From the IMG/VR virus record IMGVR_UViG_3300046534_001281, positions 7,814-71,813 of that record: DNA of 64,000 bases. One strand, given 5' to 3'. The notes beneath the pieces were generated by a model. That model had not been told where the DNA came from and did not search any database. It worked only from the letters and a program-made list of their open reading frames with translations. Shown one piece after another: positions 57,166-64,000 of this stretch. This DNA comes from a virus. The position numbers were made by a program, and so were the translations under genes. The stretch's first letter is position 1; each line of letters starts with the position of its first letter.

Positions 57166-57858
57166 TTAGAAGGATATCGGATCAAAGATAATCAAATGAC
57201 CATCCTTGTTAAAACCAAAGTTTGCACTGTGGACATCAAGGCTATCGGACTTGGTGGTTTTCCGTAATATCTCAACAAATTCCATGAGCTGTTCCAAGGT
57301 TCTGCCGTGCTGTCTCAGAACATTGTCAAAATTGCTCAATTGCTCCTCCGATAATATGTCTCTTAGGACAGCATCAATGATATCAATCAAAGTGAAATCA
57401 TCACTACGCATTTCTTTTCCCCACACCGATTGAGACGCCTTTCGTAGGAACTGCATATTAGATGATGCAGTGCTTTTAAAGTCAACCTTTAAACGTTCTA
57501 AAACATAGATGTCAATCATTAAATATTCGCTGTGCTCCAAAACAATATGTTTCTCTATCTTAGGAAACAGAGGATTGTCATATTTACCCATGTTCAAAAA
57601 GAACTGACGACCCGTGCGATCATTAACAGCAACCTTAACAACATAACCACCGCTGTCACTACCATACACATTAGCAAAATTACCCTTACCCAAATTCTCA
57701 CCACCGTGATCTTCCATTATATCGCTAACAACGGCATCAACATCATCTTTGGTTAACTCCTTGTCTGATTGCAAACTATCGCGAATCTCCGTAGCAATAG
57801 CGCCAGCAATAGATCTGCGTTCTTCTAATATTTGTTGGTAGTAATCTTTAAACCTCAT
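57166..57858 (-). CDS. T7 gp0.7-like protein kinase 4 with CTS-like N-terminus
   Basis: GKGNFANVY, YVVK, YVLERL, DVHSAN, IFDPISF; TAAATA-N5-ATG. Confidence 0.8.
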   Translation of the reverse strand: MRFKDYYQQILEERRSIAGAIATEIRDSLQSDKELTKDDVDAVVSDIMEDHGGENLGKGNFANVYGSDSGGYVVKVAVNDRTGRQFFLNMGKYDNPLFPKIEKHIVLEHSEYLMIDIYVLERLKVDFKSTASSNMQFLRKASQSVWGKEMRSDDFTLIDIIDAVLRDILSEEQLSNFDNVLRQHGRTLEQLMEFVEILRKTTKSDSLDVHSANFGFNKDGHLIIFDPISF

Positions 57859-57881
57859 TATTCTATTTAATAATTACCTTC

Positions 57882-58385
57882 ATGAAGTTACAAGCCTTGC
57901 TAGATAAAATTCTAAAAGAAGCATTCGATTCCTCAGTTGTTTATAGGCGAGATGATTGGGGAACTGAAGACGAAGAAACTGGAGAGTATATACCACACCC
58001 AAATGAGATAGCCTATTTCACCGTTGAGGGTGTGGATTACATGTGGGTGGCCAAAGAGAACCGATATAGCGACACTGTGTTCGAGATAGTGTTTGGAGTC
58101 GATAAGAAGGAGACGAACAACAGGGGAGCATCTATGATCGATATAGGCATGACCCAAACAGGCAACGCAATGTCTGTATTCTCCACAGTATTAGAAATCA
58201 CCAACGATTTCGTAGAACGCTTTGAAACCGTAATGTCAATCACTTTCACATCAAAGGAAGAGGAAGAGTCTAGAACCAGATTGTATGATACACTCACAAA
58301 AGGGGATTATATAGAAAACTTCGAATTATCAGATAAACATCTGATACACGGAGAATGGAGTTATACTATGAATAGAGTAAGATAA
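57882..58385 (+). CDS. putative internal head protein
   Basis: TAATTA-N5-ATG; N-term LLDKILKE; TGNAMSVFSTV..RTRLY. Confidence 0.6.
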   Translation: MKLQALLDKILKEAFDSSVVYRRDDWGTEDEETGEYIPHPNEIAYFTVEGVDYMWVAKENRYSDTVFEIVFGVDKKETNNRGASMIDIGMTQTGNAMSVFSTVLEITNDFVERFETVMSITFTSKEEEESRTRLYDTLTKGDYIENFELSDKHLIHGEWSYTMNRVR

Positions 58386-58393
58386 ATAGAATC

Positions 58394-58987
58394 ATGGGTA
58401 AATTCAAAGAGTTCTTCAAGGAACAATATCAGACAACAACAGTTCAAGATATCATAGATAACCTGAAGGAGGAACAAGATGACGAATGGTTCGACGAAGA
58501 TAATGGTATAGAAGAGTTTATACAAAATGTAAGCGAATCTGAATTGGAAGAAGCATTCCCAAATATCTATTCTGATTACTTCGGTGATCCATCAAAATAC
58601 AAAGGAACGGTGTATCATCACACAACAGAGGATAACAAACAGTCTATATTAACACAGGGTATACAACCATCCGATATAACCAGAGGTATATCCAATCGTT
58701 CCACAGGATCAGCAACATTCACATCAGCCGAGATTGATGAAAGCGAATCTTATGGTAATGTCATATTTGAAATAGATCTAGAAAAGGCAATAGAAATCAA
58801 CCCCGATATAACCACAGGACTGGAACCACCTATTGAAGATTCAATCAGAAGGAAGAATCTTGCTAACATATTAGAAGTGGAAGATCAAGGACAATTTGAA
58901 CCAGACTCATCAGATGGATTAAGGGAAGATACATTGGTTGTATATGGGCATATACCAAGAGAGGCAATAGAGTTGCTTGAGTTTTAA
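58394..58987 (+). CDS. putative internal head protein, ART-fold (Tpt1/DarT-like H-type)
   Basis: MGKFKEFFKE; VYHHT..ILTQGIQP, FTS, YG..FEID, GHIPREAI. Confidence 0.6.
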   Translation: MGKFKEFFKEQYQTTTVQDIIDNLKEEQDDEWFDEDNGIEEFIQNVSESELEEAFPNIYSDYFGDPSKYKGTVYHHTTEDNKQSILTQGIQPSDITRGISNRSTGSATFTSAEIDESESYGNVIFEIDLEKAIEINPDITTGLEPPIEDSIRRKNLANILEVEDQGQFEPDSSDGLREDTLVVYGHIPREAIELLEF

Positions 58988-59042
58988 CATAAGGAGAACA
59001 GCCCAATAGACCTTGGGTTATCATTAAGTATAAAATAAGAAC

Positions 59043-59528
59043 ATGAAACAATTCGATACATTTATTAAATCTATATTACAGGAGTGGGTATTACCTAGTG
59101 GTGAGATGAAAACTTTGAAACAACTGCGTGAAACTTCCGGTTCATTATACACCCGAACAGTAACGGGGGAGAACACTGTGGAACATTGGAACAAAGAACT
59201 ACCCGCATTCATAGAGAAGATGTATGAAGAGCGAGGTATTCGAGTCACAGAGGAGGAGAACGGTGTTCGCATCCATGATGGATTTAATCGCTTTGTTCGA
59301 AAACCTTTATTTGACGAGACCCCCATAGACCTCGAAGTCTATTTTGATCGTGACGGCACATTCAAAACCGTGATCGATGATAAAATATTTCATGGCCCTA
59401 AGATTACAAGGGGTGATCTAACTGGTGACGGGTTTAGTGTCAGAGGTAATGGTAATACTTTGGTGTATAAACTGAAGAACTTAGAACCCAAACCTGAGCC
59501 TGTAAAAAAAGGTGAGTGGTGGGAATAA
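59043..59528 (+). CDS. putative internal head protein
   Basis: MKQFDTFIKSILQE; AAAATA-N5-ATG. Confidence 0.55.
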   Translation: MKQFDTFIKSILQEWVLPSGEMKTLKQLRETSGSLYTRTVTGENTVEHWNKELPAFIEKMYEERGIRVTEEENGVRIHDGFNRFVRKPLFDETPIDLEVYFDRDGTFKTVIDDKIFHGPKITRGDLTGDGFSVRGNGNTLVYKLKNLEPKPEPVKKGEWWE

Positions 59529-59616
59529 AGGATATATTACAACAATATTTATAGGGATGCCATATGAGGCAATAGAGTTGCTTGAGTTTTAACATAAGGG
59601 AACAATAAATAATAAT

Positions 59617-60111
59617 ATGGCTGAGGAAAACGATTGGATTAATATAGTTAGTGACGAGTTTAGAACTTGGTTTAACGAAACCTATAAGGATAAGCTCAAC
59701 TATAAAGAGGTTCAGTTGAAGAACGAACCTTTCGTCGGTTTCGAGTTCACAGATGCATCCACTGCACCATGGAGTGTGCAATCCACCAGTGCAATAACTG
59801 GCTATGACACTGAGCGAAAACTAGAATTTGATTCTGCGTTCCCAAACGACGACGATTCATATAATCTAGCAACGGTTATGGTTAGAAAGAAATGGGAACC
59901 GCATCCATTGGGAGACTTCAAGTCGTTCGAACCTATTGAACCCAACTTGATGGAAGGTCAGGCAAAACCAAAACTGAAAGCATTCATAGCACAGTTGATA
60001 TATGACAACAGAGAAACTATGTTGGAATATGGTAGAGATGCCCTTGAACTGTTCAAAGAGAGGCTTTCTCCAAACATAGACGAATATATAAGAACAAACA
60101 CCACGGACTAG
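59617..60111 (+). CDS. late hypothetical protein
   Basis: TAAATA-N5-ATG. Confidence 0.6.
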   Translation: MAEENDWINIVSDEFRTWFNETYKDKLNYKEVQLKNEPFVGFEFTDASTAPWSVQSTSAITGYDTERKLEFDSAFPNDDDSYNLATVMVRKKWEPHPLGDFKSFEPIEPNLMEGQAKPKLKAFIAQLIYDNRETMLEYGRDALELFKERLSPNIDEYIRTNTTD

Positions 60112-60159
60112 TTTAAAGATATACTCTAATATAAGATCACTTTAAAGTTAAATAATAAC

Positions 60160-60522
60160 ATGGGCAAATTCAAAACATTCCTAGAAGACTATAGACCAAG
60201 ACGTAGTAAGTATGCCAAGTGGACTGATATCAATGGTAAGCCTCTACCTATGAATAGGCATAAGCTTAACGATTACCTAACCCAAGATTCCTATATCAGG
60301 AGAACAAAGGACGGTGAGGAATATCACACACCATTCATACCTACCGATGGTTTATTAACCAAGGCTGATTTACAAAACATCGGAGACGAGGTTTTCTACA
60401 AGTATCTCAACGATGAACAGATAGAGCAGGTTAACCAGCACTGGTTGGAAAATTATGGAGTGACATATGAAGTAGACTATCCACCATCATCCCTTGGTTA
60501 TGAATTAGAGGATAGAATTTAA
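60160..60522 (+). CDS. putative internal head protein
   Basis: MGKFKTFLE; TAAATA-N5-ATG. Confidence 0.6.
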   Translation: MGKFKTFLEDYRPRRSKYAKWTDINGKPLPMNRHKLNDYLTQDSYIRRTKDGEEYHTPFIPTDGLLTKADLQNIGDEVFYKYLNDEQIEQVNQHWLENYGVTYEVDYPPSSLGYELEDRI

Positions 60523-60535
60523 GGTAAATAGAATC

Positions 60536-61159
60536 ATGGGCAAATTCAAAGAGTTCTTCAATGAACAACGACAGACATCTTATAAGATTATAGATGCAAG
60601 CGGCTCATATACTAATAGAGCAAGCCAACTGCTAAAAAATAAGGTAATGTTAGGTGCAGAAGGTAATGATCAATTCGGATATGCTCTAACATTAACACTA
60701 CCCAACCAAGAACTCAAAGATTACTTCGAAACTAATACTATTATATTGAGGAGGTATGATAAGTTCGAAGAAACAACAGAACCTAATAACAACAAACAAT
60801 ATCACCAACAATCATTAACCGATTCAACAGAGGTTGATTCTCTTGTAGCTGAATGGGTGGCATTCGCTAAACCCGATGATAAACAAAGAGCAATCCATAT
60901 TATCAACAGACAACCACAACTACAAGAGGATAACTTAGAAGAACATAAGGAACATTATGGTAATAGCGAGTATGTCAATATATATCGTGGTGGTGAACTC
61001 AACAAGGAAACAGCAGAGATCCTATCATTTACACTAGACCCCGATAAAACTACCATCTTCGGATCTAATAATAAGTTCACGGTAAAAAGAGAGGATATCT
61101 TCTGGACACTGTTTTCAATAGAGGATGAGGTTTGGGTTGACGTTAAATTCACTAAATAA
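60536..61159 (+). CDS. putative internal head protein, R-S-E type ADP-ribosyltransferase-like
   Basis: MGKFKEFFNE; IYRG, LSFT, EDEV. Confidence 0.6.
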   Translation: MGKFKEFFNEQRQTSYKIIDASGSYTNRASQLLKNKVMLGAEGNDQFGYALTLTLPNQELKDYFETNTIILRRYDKFEETTEPNNNKQYHQQSLTDSTEVDSLVAEWVAFAKPDDKQRAIHIINRQPQLQEDNLEEHKEHYGNSEYVNIYRGGELNKETAEILSFTLDPDKTTIFGSNNKFTVKREDIFWTLFSIEDEVWVDVKFTK

Positions 61160-61208
61160 GGTCTTGACTTGGGAATTTATTAATAAACGTGTAAGGGTAA
61201 ATAAGAAC

Positions 61209-61571
61209 ATGACCAAGTTTGATACACTGCTACTAGAAATAACCAAAAAACAAATGAATGCAATTGATGCTAAATGGAGGAAGGGTAAACAGGAACTCGC
61301 AGACACCATTGCTAAACATGAAAGAGGCGAGTATGAACATTCCGCAGAGTATATCAACAAGTATGGTATTAAGAGGGATTGGCTCATTGCTTATAAGCTT
61401 ACCAATATAACCCCTGACGACGATGGTCCTAATAGATATAACTGGGATGCATACTCTAAAGACCAGAAGCATGGTAATGATAGAGTGTTGAAAGATGCAA
61501 CAACAGAAGAAGCCAAAGCATTTGCAAAAGAGAATGGACTTGAGGTTAAGCCATCAAGCATTCTGTTTTAA
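61209..61571 (+). CDS. putative internal head protein
   Basis: MTKFDTLLLE; TAAATA-N5-ATG at 61209. Confidence 0.6.
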   Translation: MTKFDTLLLEITKKQMNAIDAKWRKGKQELADTIAKHERGEYEHSAEYINKYGIKRDWLIAYKLTNITPDDDGPNRYNWDAYSKDQKHGNDRVLKDATTEEAKAFAKENGLEVKPSSILF

Positions 61572-61588
61572 CAAGTATAAATAGAATC

Positions 61589-61996
61589 ATGGGCAAATTC
61601 AAGGAGTTCTTCAATGAACAACAAGCAAGAGTCGGTGTTCATATTAATGATAAGGTTGTTCCTTGGACAGATTGGATATTAGATGGAACCAAAACTATAG
61701 AGACTCGCAATACCAATTCCCTTAAGAGTTTAATAGGACATAGAGTTGGTATTATAAGAACTGGTGTTAAAGGCGGGGCAGCATTGGTGGGATATGTTAC
61801 AATAGGAGAACCCTTGATATATAGAACCATTGAAGATTTCAATGAGGATATAGAGAAGCATAGAGTTGATACAAACTATAAAGGATTCGAGTTTAGAGAT
61901 ATGAAGTTCGGTTATCCTATGTTAAAACCAGAAAGAATCGAACCAGTCTATGGTATACCATTCAAAGGTAATATGGTGACTCGACCTTTGATGTAA
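61589..61996 (+). CDS. ASCH-domain protein with CTS-like N-terminus
   Basis: PWTDWILDGTKTIETR, LVGYVTIG; TATAAATA-N5-ATG. Confidence 0.75.
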   Translation: MGKFKEFFNEQQARVGVHINDKVVPWTDWILDGTKTIETRNTNSLKSLIGHRVGIIRTGVKGGAALVGYVTIGEPLIYRTIEDFNEDIEKHRVDTNYKGFEFRDMKFGYPMLKPERIEPVYGIPFKGNMVTRPLM

Positions 61997-62039
61997 TAAA
62001 GACCTTGTGTTGGTTTTCTTTTCTGGTTATTGTTTGTGT

Positions 62040-63128
62040 ATGGCTATAAGAAAACAGTTTTCTATTGAACATCATTTCCCTCATCTCAAAGATAGATTTG
62101 AATTGTTGACAGGATATACCAATGACCAATACAAATTAGAACTGGTTGATAATAATGGGTTGGTCCACATAGAAGTAGCATGTTCATTACAGCGTAAAAC
62201 ATGGAAACCTATTATTCGAACTGCTAAAGACAAGACTGCATTTTGGATAGGTAAAGCTAAAGAGGTGCATGGCGACACTTATGATTATAGTAAGACCGTG
62301 TATAACGGAGTCGGTAAACATCTTACTATTACATGTCCTATCCACGATAAAGACTTTATACAACGTGAACAAGTGCATCTCAAAAAGTGTGGTTGTCCTA
62401 CTTGTAAGGTTGAGAAGGTAACTAAATTCAACAAAAGGAAGTATAATATCGATATGTTTACGTCTTTCGTAAAACTATATAAGGATCGCTATGAATTGGT
62501 ATCCCCCTATACAGTCAAAAACAGGTTAACTATAGCAGATTTAGAGAATGGCGGTGAACTCCACCATATGGTTGTTAACTCTTTTAGAAATGGATGTTCC
62601 CCTTCTTTCAAAAGTGTGATAGACAAAGATACCTATCAACTTAAAAGATACAATGAACTTCATGGTCAATTCTCCTATCCTGATTTCAAATACAAAAATG
62701 CTTATAGTAATATACAAATAATATGTCCTAAGCATGGGTTGTTTGAATGCTCATCTTCTAACCATCTTAGCGGTGCGGGATGTCCTTTGTGTAGAGTTTC
62801 GAGAGGAGAAAGAATTATTACCAACTATCTAACTAAACATGACATATCATTCATATCACAGAAGAAGTTCGAAACGTGTAAGAACATCAACCACCTACCT
62901 TTTGATTTCCATATAACTGATACCAACATTCTAATTGAGTTTGACGGGAAACAACACTACAAGCCTGTTCCACATTGGGGTGGTGTAGAGAACCTAAAGA
63001 AGATACAGAAGAATGACCAAATCAAAACCAAATGGGCGGAACAGAATGAATACAGGTTAATACGCATCAAATACACCAAGTTAAAGAAGATTGATTCCAT
63101 TTTGGATGAGGTCTGTTTGTCCTTATAA
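62040..63128 (+). CDS. homing endonuclease with Zn modules and C-terminal PD-(D/E)xK (Vsr/DUF559-like) nuclease
   Basis: VHGDTYDYSK..TCPIH, CPKHG; SRGE..LPFDF..IEFDGKQH..D..K..LIRI. Confidence 0.8.
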   Translation: MAIRKQFSIEHHFPHLKDRFELLTGYTNDQYKLELVDNNGLVHIEVACSLQRKTWKPIIRTAKDKTAFWIGKAKEVHGDTYDYSKTVYNGVGKHLTITCPIHDKDFIQREQVHLKKCGCPTCKVEKVTKFNKRKYNIDMFTSFVKLYKDRYELVSPYTVKNRLTIADLENGGELHHMVVNSFRNGCSPSFKSVIDKDTYQLKRYNELHGQFSYPDFKYKNAYSNIQIICPKHGLFECSSSNHLSGAGCPLCRVSRGERIITNYLTKHDISFISQKKFETCKNINHLPFDFHITDTNILIEFDGKQHYKPVPHWGGVENLKKIQKNDQIKTKWAEQNEYRLIRIKYTKLKKIDSILDEVCLSL

Positions 63129-63150
63129 AAGTATCAAAGCTTGTAGTGGG

Positions 63151-63213
63151 TCAAGCGAAGCATTGAATTGAATCAAGAATTAAAGATAAATTAAGCTGGG
63201 GGTATTAAAGTAT
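63151..63213. repeat. isolated copy of the 80-bp repeat unit
   Basis: TCAAGCGAAGC.TTGAATTGAA.CAAGAATT..GATAAATTAAGCTGGGGGTATTAAAGTAT. Confidence 0.85.
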
Positions 63214-63251
63214 ATTGGATTAAAGGTTATATAGAAAGAATAAATAGTATT

Positions 63252-63677
63252 ATGTTCAGTAAGGGAGAAATACACCAGATCATCAAAGATGTGTTAAAAA
63301 ACAATACTATAGATTATGATCGTTTTGTTGTTTCAGATATTAAGAACGAAGAAAGACGGAAAAGTTATTTCGATATACAATTACACGATGAACATTACCC
63401 CTATGATCTGAAGAAGATTGCCTTCGTTTCAATTGAGTTTCTGGAAGGCAACAAATCACTGAAGATCTTAGAAATAACCGACTGGGCCAAAAATTACAGA
63501 AGTTTCATCATCAAACCCAAAAGAGTTGGTGATTTCAAAGCTTTCTCTAAATTGGAGGATTTCAATATGTATGAATACAACAGAACCACATTTGATACAA
63601 TAACCATTGAAAGCAAAGAAAGAGGTGAAGAGATGATTCGGGATTATATCAGTAAAATCTTGAGCCATCTGAAATAA
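63252..63677 (+). CDS. late hypothetical protein
   Basis: TAAATA-N5-ATG. Confidence 0.6.
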   Translation: MFSKGEIHQIIKDVLKNNTIDYDRFVVSDIKNEERRKSYFDIQLHDEHYPYDLKKIAFVSIEFLEGNKSLKILEITDWAKNYRSFIIKPKRVGDFKAFSKLEDFNMYEYNRTTFDTITIESKERGEEMIRDYISKILSHLK

Positions 63678-63710
63678 ATCTTGACACCTACTACAGTTAA
63701 AAGTCAATTT

Positions 63711-63913
63711 GAGGATGAATTAAGCTGGGGGGTATTAAAGTATTAAAACTTGGGTTAGATCAAGCGAAGCCTTGAATTGAAGCAAGAATTGAGGATAAAT
63801 TAAGCTTGGGGGTATTAAAGTATTAAAACTTGGGTTAGATCAAGCGAAGCCTTGAATTGAAGCAAGAATTGAGGATAAATTAAAGATAAATTAAGCTTGG
63901 GGGTATTAAAGTA
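63711..63913. repeat. 80-bp tandem repeat (~2.5 copies)
   Basis: Units start at 63711, 63791, 63871; third copy has an 11-nt internal duplication. Confidence 0.9.
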
Positions 63914-64000
63914 GCCCCTTCTATCAAATTGATATCAAATTCTTCTATCATAACATACCTTAAGCAAAAAGTCAAGCCCCAATACTCAAACCAAATTGAT

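Noticed and set aside
63711-63913. CRISPR array
   Set aside because: Units are head-to-tail copies with no unique spacers
1-64000. Stop-codon reassignment
   Set aside because: Core genes are full length in the standard code and TAA, TAG and TGA all end genes cleanly

Overview
This 64-kb window is part of a large T4-like (myovirus-type) phage genome. It carries a rearranged head/neck module (portal gp20, prohead protease gp21, gp15, gp14, scaffold gp22, major capsid gp23, small terminase gp16). It also carries replication and metabolism genes (Dda helicase, gp62-like clamp-loader subunit, DNA ligase, SSB, NAMPT+NMNAT NAD salvage pair, Nudix, HD, QueC-like, DEDDh exonuclease), several homing endonucleases, and a ~30-kb accessory region. 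Two promoter grammars are visible, both essentially leaderless: early TTGACN/TGGACA-N17-TANNNT-N6-GTT-ATG, and late TAA(A/T)TA-N5-ATG. Best candidates for undescribed biology: (1) about 16 late, singly promoted genes whose products begin with a T4 capsid-targeting-like peptide (M-x-[KSE]-F-K-x-[FY]...E). Their cargos include four T7-gp0.7-like protein kinases, three ADP-ribosyltransferase-like proteins, a GNAT-like and an ASCH protein, suggesting a virion-packaged protein-modification arsenal. (2) A circularly permuted tRNA-like (YrlA/Y-RNA-like) RNA with encoded CCA, preceded by a 6-nt-periodic tract and sitting directly behind a non-Ro60 helical protein gene. (3) Covarying 30-bp palindromic early-promoter cassettes that supply the stop codon, promoter and start codon between accessory genes, with footprints of recombination. 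(4) An 80-aa mini-protein copying the N-arm of the major capsid protein. (5) A second ~246-nt structured RNA ending in CCA. All family assignments are by eye from motifs; no searches were run.
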